Source: a virus (lineage: Duplodnaviria > Caudoviricetes). From it: DNA of 52,119 bases. The notes under the pieces are model-generated. The model saw nothing but the letters and a program-made list of their open reading frames with translations. It made no database searches and was not told the origin of the DNA. The first letter of the stretch is position 1; each line of letters opens with the position of its first letter. Positions 17,061 through 24,941 of the stretch are shown here, piece after piece. The position numbers and the translations under genes are program-made. Where the stretch lies: positions 1-52,119 of IMG/VR virus record IMGVR_UViG_3300029183_000005; one strand, 5' to 3'.

Positions 17061-17711
17061 ATGACACCTGCACAGAAGCTCAAACGACTAGTTGACCGAT
17101 CCGGTCTGACCCGAAGAGAACTTGGCATCAGGTATGCCGAACTCAGGGGGAGGAAACCAAGCGCACGGCCACAAACGACGTGGTTGATGTACGAAGATGA
17201 AGAACGACGTGGCAACAAGAAGCTGCCGGTATCCGTGGCCAACGTGGCACTAGAGATGCTTATAGGCCGCGGTCGTCCCGCAATTACACGTGCTGAGATT
17301 ATGGCCATTTCGGAACCGCTGGACGTCGGGGACGTTATGTCAGAGGTCTCGGCGAGGCACAGTCACGAAAGGTCGGGTAGGGGCAAGAAGCCCGCCCGGC
17401 TACCGAAAGATGGAGACGATGAGGTGGACGCGAGAACTGCTTGGCTGATCAAAGGCATGTTGGGGCGTGGAGATCCGCAGATGGACATAGCCACGTATTT
17501 TGGCGTCAATCAGGCCCGTGTCAGCGAGATCAATACGGGACAGAAGTACGCCAATGCTGCGGCAGCCCCGGAAGATCAGTTGCCACCGCCCGGGCCGTAT
17601 GTGGTCGTCGCCAAGTATGACTATGAGTCGGCCAAGGCTGCCCAGTCCATCGTAGATGAGGTCATGTCGTACTTGGAGTCCATTCGAGAAAGGATTCAGG
17701 CCGGCGCTTGA
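17061..17711 (+). CDS. Tandem-HTH transcriptional regulator (repressor candidate)
   Basis: N-terminal XRE-like (RSGLTRRELG...YED...LP...LIGRGRPAIT..EI) plus a second HTH (QMDIATYFGVNQARVSEI); GGAGG RBS. Confidence 0.75.
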   Translation: MTPAQKLKRLVDRSGLTRRELGIRYAELRGRKPSARPQTTWLMYEDEERRGNKKLPVSVANVALEMLIGRGRPAITRAEIMAISEPLDVGDVMSEVSARHSHERSGRGKKPARLPKDGDDEVDARTAWLIKGMLGRGDPQMDIATYFGVNQARVSEINTGQKYANAAAAPEDQLPPPGPYVVVAKYDYESAKAAQSIVDEVMSYLESIRERIQAGA

Positions 17712-17736
17712 TTGTGGCACGAATATGGTATAGGTT
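17708..17736 (+). promoter_or_regulatory. Sigma70-like promoter
   Basis: TTGATT-N17-TAGGTT followed by two GTGGAC copies at 17767 and 17789. Confidence 0.55.
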
Positions 17737-17798
17737 GTGCTGACTGGGGATATTTCACAACTTAGAGTGGACCAAAGGCGTAGCGTTCGTGGACATTT

Positions 17799-18431
17799 AT
17801 GTCACACACCCACGAGCCGCGCTTTTTCTATTGGAGAAACGGAATGTCAGAGATGACGGGACTGGACATGAAGATCTACGACTCAGAAGCAGTCGCTAAG
17901 CTGTTCCCAGAGTCTCTGAAGATCAAGCCGAAGATTGTAGAGGAACACGCGCGGGATACGGGCAACTGTCTGGACATCGGCGGCAAGATCGCGTTCACCG
18001 AGAAGGACGTGGAGCGCTTGATCATCAGCTACCGAGTGGCCGGCCGACTTGCTGGACCTATGCGACTTCTGACCGGCAAATTCGACGATGAACAGCGTGG
18101 ACTTCTCGTCTTCATTGGACTGCCCTGGGATGCGGAAGAAGCAGTCTATGTCGGATGGGTGCCGAACGGATTGGCAGGATCGAACGACCTTCTTCGGCTG
18201 ATCAATTTCGGCCATCCGATCGAACAACACATTCTCTTGGCAGCGCCTGCAACTCACGGTGAGGCTGAGACGATACGAACGGATCTGGAGAAACTAACGA
18301 CGCGGTGGCGTACGAACTGGTTCAACCGAAACGAAGCTATGAACGACCTGCTTCAGAGCATCGGAGAGAAGTTGCGTGAGTACGAAGAACCTGACATGGA
18401 AGATGATACTGGAAAGGATCGACTACAATGA
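17799..18431 (+). CDS. Hypothetical protein with excisionase-like wHTH N-terminus and degenerate T5orf172/GIY-YIG-like C-terminus
   Basis: YDSEAVAKL...IGGKIAFTEKDVERLI; GLLVFIG..VYVGW...INFGHP...NWF; start may be 17824. Confidence 0.6.
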   Translation: MSHTHEPRFFYWRNGMSEMTGLDMKIYDSEAVAKLFPESLKIKPKIVEEHARDTGNCLDIGGKIAFTEKDVERLIISYRVAGRLAGPMRLLTGKFDDEQRGLLVFIGLPWDAEEAVYVGWVPNGLAGSNDLLRLINFGHPIEQHILLAAPATHGEAETIRTDLEKLTTRWRTNWFNRNEAMNDLLQSIGEKLREYEEPDMEDDTGKDRLQ

Positions 18432-18763
18432 GTGCAGCTATCAGGAAGAAGTGCAAGGCCGAGGGCATCGAATACAAAGAAGGGATGTCCTACGGAGACC
18501 TCAACGCAGCGCTGAAAAAGAAGCGCGAGGACGAAGCCGAAGCGGAGGTCGCAAAGCTGGAAGCGGCCGAGAAGGCGAAGGCAGAAAAGGCGGCCAATGG
18601 TGGCGCCAATTTTTTTGGCCAAGGAGTCCACAAAGTCCACTCGATCGGGGAGAGAATGTACGGACTATACGAACGAGCACTGTTGGTGATGATCGCCCTC
18701 GGCATCGGATATTCCCTGGCGGGCGGCAACGTGGCCAACGCACTTTTGGCAAGAGGAATTTGA
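18428..18763 (+). CDS. Hypothetical membrane-anchored protein
   Basis: Charged coiled coil and C-terminal TM helix. Confidence 0.65.
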   Translation: MSAAIRKKCKAEGIEYKEGMSYGDLNAALKKKREDEAEAEVAKLEAAEKAKAEKAANGGANFFGQGVHKVHSIGERMYGLYERALLVMIALGIGYSLAGGNVANALLARGI

Positions 18764-18764
18764 C

Positions 18765-19340
18765 ATGGATGGAACGCCAAGGAAGAGTCGGCGGAGGTTG
18801 ATCGCCTTCGTCGGCGCGATGGGAGCCGGGAAGTCCACAGCGGCGGATTACTTCGTCAACTATTGTGGGTTTCAGAAGCTCTCGTTTGCGAAGCCGCTGA
18901 AGGACATGATGCGCGCCATCCCTGGGATCACCGAGGAACACATCAACGGTTCCCTCAAAGAGATTCCGTGTGACATTCTCTGTGGTCAGTCTCCGCGACA
19001 TGCACAACAGACGCTTGGTACGGAATGGGGTCGAAACCAACTGGGTGAACTCTTTTGGGTTGGTCTGTTCGCACAGCAGTTCAACGCGACTATGCGGGAT
19101 GTAGTTTGCGATGACTGCCGGTTCCCAAATGAGGCGGCGTTGATCCAGGCACTCGGAGGTGAGATCTGGCAAATTCGCAGAGACGAAGCGGAAGAAGCTC
19201 TCAAGTTATCCGAAACGGACCATCCGTCTGAGCGGCACTGGCCGTTGTTCGAGTGCGAAGGTCAGATCCACAACAACAGGACCGTCTATGAACTTCAACG
19301 TCAGCTCGAACGCGTAATGCAGAGGCCCTACATTCAATGA
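18765..19340 (+). CDS. Deoxynucleoside monophosphate kinase
   Basis: GAMGAGKST, SFAKPLK, SPRHAQQTLGTEWGR, DDCRFPNE, HPSE. Confidence 0.93.
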   Translation: MDGTPRKSRRRLIAFVGAMGAGKSTAADYFVNYCGFQKLSFAKPLKDMMRAIPGITEEHINGSLKEIPCDILCGQSPRHAQQTLGTEWGRNQLGELFWVGLFAQQFNATMRDVVCDDCRFPNEAALIQALGGEIWQIRRDEAEEALKLSETDHPSERHWPLFECEGQIHNNRTVYELQRQLERVMQRPYIQ

Positions 19341-19543
19341 CACACGACTTCAAGGAACGATCTGAAATCCCACTTGTCGGTGAGACTCTTTGGGCATGGG
19401 CCGAAAAGCAACGCGAGACCGCGCGAGCCCAAGGCCTCAACTGGTTTCATCTCGTGCACACCGGTCTCAGTGTTTACGAGGCGTATGGTTGGTACAAGAA
19501 GCCGATGGTCGAGAACGGGGTCAAGCTCGAAAGCCTTACGTGA
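19337..19543 (+). CDS. Hypothetical protein (68 aa)
   Basis: ATGA coupling, GAGG RBS. Confidence 0.6.
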   Translation: MTHDFKERSEIPLVGETLWAWAEKQRETARAQGLNWFHLVHTGLSVYEAYGWYKKPMVENGVKLESLT

Positions 19544-19609
19544 CACAGGAACCTCCGGGATGTAGTTTCGTCTCGGGGGTCCACAAAACAACAAAACGGA
19601 CTTGGGAAA

Positions 19610-20686
19610 ATGCCGCGATTGAACATTGAATACCAGGGCTGGCGGGTGACGGACTTCCGGGGCTATGCCCATGCCACGCAGGGTTCGCAAGGGAAGAAAC
19701 GTCGGATCAAGATCACACCGGCCGTTCCGGCATCCGCCTCGGTCCAGGAGAAGAAGCGCGCCCTGATAGCTTGGGTCGTTCGTCGACAGGCAGACGAGTT
19801 GCGGGAGAACCTGACCATCGGGTCCATATTCGAACTGTACGTTGAGGCCAAGCGGCGTGATCAGAAGAGATCGTGGAGGGACGCGAAGTCCAGGTGGAAC
19901 GCACTTGAACCGTTCTTTGGTGGGATGTGTCCGTACGACCTGACCAGCCACATGTGTCGCGACTACACGGAGATCCGCCAAGCCGAGGGCAAGGCCAACG
20001 ACACGATCTGGTCGGAACTCACAGAGATCAATTCGGCGCTGTCATGGGCGTTCAAAGAGCAGATCCTGTCACGGCAGATCTCGGTATGGCGGTGTGCCCG
20101 GTCGAAGGAACGTGAACGATACCTGACACCACAGGAGTTCATGAAGCTCTTGTCTGAAGTGGACCACGAGAACGCACCACACATTGAGACGTTGTTGCTC
20201 TTGGGTTTGCTGACACCGGCACGGCGCGAAGCCATTCTCGAATTGACGTGGAATCGAGTTGACTTTGCAAACCGGATGATCCATTTCAACGCGAAGGACA
20301 TGGACCAACGTGACCCTCTCAACAAGGGCCGGAAGAAAGGTCGAACGTCTCTGCCAATGGGCGACTACCTTCACGGCCACTTGCGGGCACAGCGGGACAT
20401 CTCGGAGAGCCTGTATGTCATCTCATACGAAGGGCAGATGATCAAAGATCCGAAGCGGGCACTGAACAGCTTGAAGAAGCGGGCCGGTGTTCTCGACTGG
20501 ACTTTGCACGATCTGAGGCGAACGGCAGCCACGTGGGCAACGGAGATGGGCGTCGAGGTGAAGGACGTTCGTGACTTGTTGGCACACTCGAAGAACAGTG
20601 TCGTCACAGAGAAGCATTACATCCATGCTGGGCAGGAACACTTGAGGCCGGTTGTGGCGATGATAGAAGGGCAGATTGCATCATGA
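19610..20686 (+). CDS. int: Tyrosine integrase
   Basis: TPARREAILELTW (Arg I), LHDLRRT (HxxR), LLAH, TEKHY (catalytic Tyr); core-binding domain upstream. Confidence 0.93.
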   Translation: MPRLNIEYQGWRVTDFRGYAHATQGSQGKKRRIKITPAVPASASVQEKKRALIAWVVRRQADELRENLTIGSIFELYVEAKRRDQKRSWRDAKSRWNALEPFFGGMCPYDLTSHMCRDYTEIRQAEGKANDTIWSELTEINSALSWAFKEQILSRQISVWRCARSKERERYLTPQEFMKLLSEVDHENAPHIETLLLLGLLTPARREAILELTWNRVDFANRMIHFNAKDMDQRDPLNKGRKKGRTSLPMGDYLHGHLRAQRDISESLYVISYEGQMIKDPKRALNSLKKRAGVLDWTLHDLRRTAATWATEMGVEVKDVRDLLAHSKNSVVTEKHYIHAGQEHLRPVVAMIEGQIAS

Positions 20687-21075
20687 CAGATGTAGCATTT
20701 ACGGACGGACCCTGGCACTGGGTTTGGAGTCAGAATGATGTACCGGTGGATTTCGACAACGACAACATCCGCGAAGAGTGGTGCAATCGCGGCGGTCCCC
20801 CGCAACTCCGTACAGTTCAGGAATGGCCGAGCGAGCATTTCGACTGGACCCTTCCCAAATGGATCTTGTATTTGGACGACCTCGGCGACGAGAATGACAT
20901 TGCGAATATGAAGCTTGTCGCGGCCTCTCCTGATCTGTACAAGGCCCTGAAACATGTTGTGGATACATACACAGATACGGCGGCCAATATTCATGATATG
21001 AACTACAGTATCGAAAAAGCTCGTGAGGCTCTGTCGAAGGTGCCGGTAATCGCCGAGGAGAACAACGATGCTTGA
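20683..21075 (+). CDS. Conserved phage hypothetical protein
   Basis: FTDGPW...ANMKLVAASPDLYKAL pattern, widespread in phages. Confidence 0.8.
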   Translation: MTDVAFTDGPWHWVWSQNDVPVDFDNDNIREEWCNRGGPPQLRTVQEWPSEHFDWTLPKWILYLDDLGDENDIANMKLVAASPDLYKALKHVVDTYTDTAANIHDMNYSIEKAREALSKVPVIAEENNDA

Positions 21076-21274
21076 ATTCGTGAAAGAAACTGAGGACATG
21101 CGCGCTCGGAGGATTGGACGGGACATTCTCAAACAGTACAAAGATAAAGCATCGACGTTTACTTTCATGGGTGTTCGACTCGAAACCTATACGAAGGAAG
21201 AACTCATGTGGATGATGGCATTCACGTGGGAGTCTGCCCAGAACTACCATGGGTCATGGACGAAAGGGACTTAA
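21068..21274 (+). CDS. Hypothetical protein
   Basis: GAGGAG RBS. Confidence 0.65.
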   Translation: MLEFVKETEDMRARRIGRDILKQYKDKASTFTFMGVRLETYTKEELMWMMAFTWESAQNYHGSWTKGT

Positions 21275-21278
21275 CAAC

Positions 21279-21569
21279 ATGACAGAGAAACCACTACGCG
21301 TCATGTCTGACGAAGACTACAAAGCGGCGCACAACGAGAATGAGATCTACGATCGAGCCGCAGATCTTCCCACGCTGGTTTCGGAAAAAGAACGGGATTT
21401 GGTAACAAAGGTCCAGAAGCACTACATGACGAAGCTGTTCGTCCGGGACCAAGCGATCGAGGACTGGAAGCTGGTTGCTGAGACAAACATTCGAGCGGCC
21501 AAGTTTTGGATGAATTTCTCGATCGGATCGTGGATCGCGGCTATCATCGCATTCATCTTCATCTTTTAG
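21279..21569 (+). CDS. Hypothetical membrane protein
   Basis: C-terminal TM helix; AAGGGA RBS before ATG 21279. Confidence 0.65.
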   Translation: MTEKPLRVMSDEDYKAAHNENEIYDRAADLPTLVSEKERDLVTKVQKHYMTKLFVRDQAIEDWKLVAETNIRAAKFWMNFSIGSWIAAIIAFIFIF

Positions 21570-21590
21570 TAGCGTAGAAAGGCAATAGGT

Positions 21591-21797
21591 ATGAGTACAG
21601 TAAATGGCAAGGCCGAGGCTCTGAACAAAGCGGACGAATTCCTGTACGCGATGCTCAAAGTAAACGACGAAGAGCTGTTACGGAAAGTTCAGAGGACAAA
21701 GAAGGGCGAGGTAGATCTTGCCGCTCTCTATGCCCATTGCCTAAATGCGAGACACCAGATCGCTTTCAAAATCATGACGGGCGAAATGAAGGTTTAA
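21591..21797 (+). CDS. Hypothetical protein
   Basis: 68 aa, co-oriented. Confidence 0.6.
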   Translation: MSTVNGKAEALNKADEFLYAMLKVNDEELLRKVQRTKKGEVDLAALYAHCLNARHQIAFKIMTGEMKV

Positions 21798-21818
21798 CAC
21801 GATGGAATATAGGAACTG

Positions 21819-22268
21819 ATGAAACTGTATTTGGACACTGAATTCAATGGACACGGCGGCGAACTCATTAGTCTTGCCCTAGCCAGCACGAGCGGGAAAC
21901 ATTTTTACGGCGAATTACCGGTGCCAGATCGTGTTGAGCCCTGGGTTGAAAGCAATGTCGTACCTATCCTGAAGAACCGAGCTGAGCCACTGCTGCAGTT
22001 TCGAATGCGGCTGCGTGAATACTTGAAAGCGCGAGAAGGTTGCAAGATTTACGCCGACTGGCCGGCAGACTTCCAATATCTGATGGACCTCATGTGCGGG
22101 GTCGAATTTCAAGACAGCTGGATGATTACGTGTCAAATGATCTTGCTCCGCGACACCGATCCTAAACCAAAGTTGCCACACAACGCGTTGTCGGATGCTA
22201 TAGCTCTCATGGAATGGCACCGTGAAAGGGCATGGAGAGGGTCGAGAGTAGCCGACGGAATTCTTTAG
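21819..22268 (+). CDS. DEDDh 3'-5' exoribonuclease-like (Rv2179c-like)
   Basis: LYLDTEF..ELISLAL...ADWPADF...HNALSDA. Confidence 0.85.
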   Translation: MKLYLDTEFNGHGGELISLALASTSGKHFYGELPVPDRVEPWVESNVVPILKNRAEPLLQFRMRLREYLKAREGCKIYADWPADFQYLMDLMCGVEFQDSWMITCQMILLRDTDPKPKLPHNALSDAIALMEWHRERAWRGSRVADGIL

Positions 22269-22300
22269 CCTAACCGTATCGCGTACTTCCCAAGTAAACT

Positions 22301-22330
22301 AGGGCTGGTCTTCGGGCTGGCCCTTTTTTT
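22301..22330 (+). terminator. Rho-independent terminator ending the + arm
   Basis: AGGGCTGGTC-ttcg-GGCTGGCCC plus 7 T; stem almost identical to the one at 3645. Confidence 0.9.
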
Positions 22331-22576
22331 GTTTGTGCCCCTGGACACTACTTGACGAGTACTTGACCAGGAAGGGGTGCGATGAACCCCCTATTCGGCT
22401 CACACGGATTCTGGCCAATCGTCGTAACCCCATGTTCCATCTCGTGTCAGCATTCTGATTAGTCCTATGCGTCTACCGGGGGCCGGCCGTGAACCCCTTT
22501 GTCATGGAACAAACGTGAACACTATGCGAGTACTTGGAGGTTCAAAAGTAGTGTGATGCACCCCCGAAGTACACCA

Positions 22577-22607
22577 TTTACACTATCCAAATATCCCGTA
22601 GTATAAG
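22577..22607 (+). promoter_or_regulatory. Promoter immediately upstream of the tRNA fragment
   Basis: TTTACA-N16-TAGTAT (overlapping TATAAG) ending 6-9 nt before tRNA G1. Confidence 0.55.
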
Positions 22608-22612
22608 GCTCA

Positions 22613-22654
22613 GGGGCCGTAGCTCAGATGGGAGAGCGCCGCAATCGCACTGCG
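22613..22654 (+). other. attP core candidate: 5' half (nt 1-42) of tRNA-Ala(CGC)
   Basis: GGGGCCGTAGCTCAGATGGGAGAGCGCCGCAATCGCACTGCG gives acceptor 5' strand, D arm and anticodon arm (CGC); T arm and 3' end absent; in a non-coding gap downstream of int. Confidence 0.85.
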
Positions 22655-22670
22655 TTTACCTGACCAATAA

Positions 22671-22683
22671 AATCAATATGTTA
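22671..22683 (+). promoter_or_regulatory. IHF binding site
   Basis: AATCAATATGTTA fits WATCAANNNNTTR, 16 bp from the attP core. Confidence 0.65.
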
Positions 22684-22897
22684 CAGGATTTCAGGGGGTT
22701 CATTGATACTTTTCCTCTATTTTTGCCGGTTTTTCCCTCAAAATTTTGCGTTTCGAAGTCGTTTCTCATCCGTTTCAGAACAGAATGATACGGTTTTCAG
22801 AATTTTGCTCGGTCTCTCAGCCCTACTTCCCACTCTATTTCCCAAAATCCGGCCGCTGTAGTTCACCATACAACTCGTCCAGAAGTGTCCAGACAAC

Positions 22898-22928
22898 AAA
22901 AAAGGGCAGCACCAAGAGGTGCCACCCT
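22898..22928 (-). terminator. Rho-independent terminator ending the late operon
   Basis: Minus strand AGGGTGGCACC-tctt-GGTGCTGCCC followed by a T tract. Confidence 0.85.
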
Positions 22929-22998
22929 GCGGGGTAGAGGGGGTGGGCGTTTGCATAAATGAGGTTCGCTATACTCACTTTCCGAAAACTGTGTATAG

Positions 22999-23529
22999 CT
23001 ACTTCCAATGCTTGTCGTCCTCAACGTTGGACGGCCGGCTCTTAGCTTTTTGCATCTCGAATGACTTGTTCCAGATATTTTGTCGTATGGCCGCCGCGGC
23101 TTTCAGGACGTCCAGCCACTCCAGACTTGTGACCTGGGTCGTTCCAGTGTCCGTCTCGATCGTGATGAGGGTGGTCATGTCGCCGGTCAGGGCGAGTGCA
23201 AACGCGTACGTCGACACTTCATCCCAGCCACGAAGATCTGCTTCTGTGGTCCCGATCCGGTGGACACCGCGAGCGTCGCCGAAGTCATAGTCGAAACCGG
23301 CTTCCAGTCTGTGGTGGGCTTCCATCCTGACATCTTCAGTACCAGCTTCTCGGGGCACGACTGTTACTGTGTCGTCACCGATGTAGAGATCCTCCAGCCT
23401 TGTGCCGACAGTGTTGTCCAGCACGCGACCTCCGAACTTAGCCACGTGGTCCGTCGCTTCTTCCGCTGTCTCGAATTCTGCAAACTTCGCGATGCGGTTG
23501 TTTTCTGTCTTAACGATTGCTACGAACAT
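22999..23529 (-). CDS. Tail fibre assembly-associated protein (DUF4376-like)
   Basis: Directly follows the tail fibre; R..RLEAGF.YDF...IT IETD...W-terminal pattern. Confidence 0.7.
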   Translation of the reverse strand: MFVAIVKTENNRIAKFAEFETAEEATDHVAKFGGRVLDNTVGTRLEDLYIGDDTVTVVPREAGTEDVRMEAHHRLEAGFDYDFGDARGVHRIGTTEADLRGWDEVSTYAFALALTGDMTTLITIETDTGTTQVTSLEWLDVLKAAAAIRQNIWNKSFEMQKAKSRPSNVEDDKHWK

Positions 23530-23538
23530 CCGAGCCCC

Positions 23539-24930
23539 TTACATGTAAATGACGCGCACGGAACCGGCGCTGAAAGTGTTAGATCCGCTTCGAGTCAGAC
23601 GGACGCGATCGAGTTCACCGGAAAGGGTCTTGGCGCCACCGCCCTCAAAGGAAGCGGTGCTCGTCACCTTGTAGCCGTGACCATTGACCCAGGAGTTTCC
23701 GCCCATATGGATCAGGGTCATCACGCCAGACATCACAGCAGACGATCCGCCTCGGATGATCATACCGGCCGAACTGCCAATGTCACCGCTGACTGCCGAG
23801 TACCCTGTCGTCTCGATACCGCCGGAGTCGCCAAGTTGGACGAGAAGGCTGTCCGTACCACTCAGTTCGACTTCTTCGAAGATGACCTGGATCATCGTGG
23901 TGCCGGCCGGTATCGACGTGAAATCGAATTCCGTACCGGACGTCGTGGCCTGCTCGGCCTGGGTCTGTAGTTCGTCCGAAGCGTTCAGAACACCGTTGTT
24001 TGTGATCTGGACGTCCTGGCCCGTGTCGTCTGTAAAGTACAGATTGTTCGGCGCGTCGTCCTTGACCCACAACTGACCGCGGCCTGCGAAGTCGCCACCG
24101 GCTGTTGCCCGTTCGACAAAGTAGATCCGATCGCCGCGCATGAACGGAATGATCACGTCGCCATCCGACCGTTGGATCTTGAAGGGCGTGGTCAGAAGCG
24201 CTCCCGCATCGTCGTAGTTCCGGATGAAGAAGTCACTGCCCGCGTCCGAGCCGCCTTCCGCGACGTTGTCCTTACCGATAGCCCACCGGTTGTTGCCGGC
24301 CGTCCGCAAGAACTCCGTGATGTTCTGAGCCGCATCGACATTCAGGACGAAGGACGCGTCTGCCGTATCCCCAACTCTGTCGATAGAGACGTCGTTCTCG
24401 AACGTGTTCGTTCCGGTCCACGTGTTGTTGCCGTCCAGGGGGGCAGCATCCACAGTGAGAGTTGGGTCCGTGAGCGCGCGGAACTCGGGTACGCCACTGG
24501 AGTTGACATAGATGATCCGGTCGGCATTGTTCGCGAAGTCCAGCTCGGGCAGATCGGCATTGGACACAGTCGTCCTGAGAGCCTTAGAGAGTTGAGTTTC
24601 GGCCTCTTGCGCAGCGGCATAGACGCGATCCAACGCACGCTCGACAGACTCTGCCGGGAACTCATCGACGTCGAGGAGATCGACTTGCTGCTGGAGAGAT
24701 GTGTTGCCGCGAATGACGATGGCAGCGCCGTTAGCCGGGGCAGTCGTGAAGTTGACCGTCCCCGTAGTACCGGCGCCACCGGGTTGTGAGATTGTGTAAT
24801 CGCTTCCGTTGACCTGAAGAACGCCAGCAACATAGACGTCAATTTCGAAGAATTGGAAGCTGACCGCGAAGCCAGTCGTGAGACCGTCACCAGTCGGTGT
24901 TTCTACGCGGGTCGTGAGACCTAGTGTCAT
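23539..24930 (-). CDS. Tail fibre with T7 gp17-like N-terminal anchor
   Basis: GDG.TT.F...F.F...VYV.G......DYTI...G.V.FTTAPANG..IVIR...ERALDR; last in the ejection/tail block. Confidence 0.88.
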   Translation of the reverse strand: MTLGLTTRVETPTGDGLTTGFAVSFQFFEIDVYVAGVLQVNGSDYTISQPGGAGTTGTVNFTTAPANGAAIVIRGNTSLQQQVDLLDVDEFPAESVERALDRVYAAAQEAETQLSKALRTTVSNADLPELDFANNADRIIYVNSSGVPEFRALTDPTLTVDAAPLDGNNTWTGTNTFENDVSIDRVGDTADASFVLNVDAAQNITEFLRTAGNNRWAIGKDNVAEGGSDAGSDFFIRNYDDAGALLTTPFKIQRSDGDVIIPFMRGDRIYFVERATAGGDFAGRGQLWVKDDAPNNLYFTDDTGQDVQITNNGVLNASDELQTQAEQATTSGTEFDFTSIPAGTTMIQVIFEEVELSGTDSLLVQLGDSGGIETTGYSAVSGDIGSSAGMIIRGGSSAVMSGVMTLIHMGGNSWVNGHGYKVTSTASFEGGGAKTLSGELDRVRLTRSGSNTFSAGSVRVIYM

Positions 24931-24941
24931 GTGAGGGGTTC

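Larger units (their letters stand above)
22344..22709. repeat. Putative integrase arm / Xis sites around attP
   Basis: TG(A/C)ACCCC at about 22383, 22490 and 22557, inverted GGGGTTCA at 22695; ACACTACTT/GAGTACTT-like repeats at 22345-22366 and 22518-22554. Confidence 0.5.

Noticed and set aside
22507-22520. Second LexA box GAAC-AAACGT-GAAC
   Set aside because: Spacer is 6 nt rather than 7; more likely part of the attP repeats
22613-22654. Functional phage tRNA-Ala gene
   Set aside because: Similarity stops at nt 42; no T arm, acceptor 3' strand or CCA
23539-24930. Diversity-generating retroelement target
   Set aside because: No reverse transcriptase and no template-repeat copy noticed
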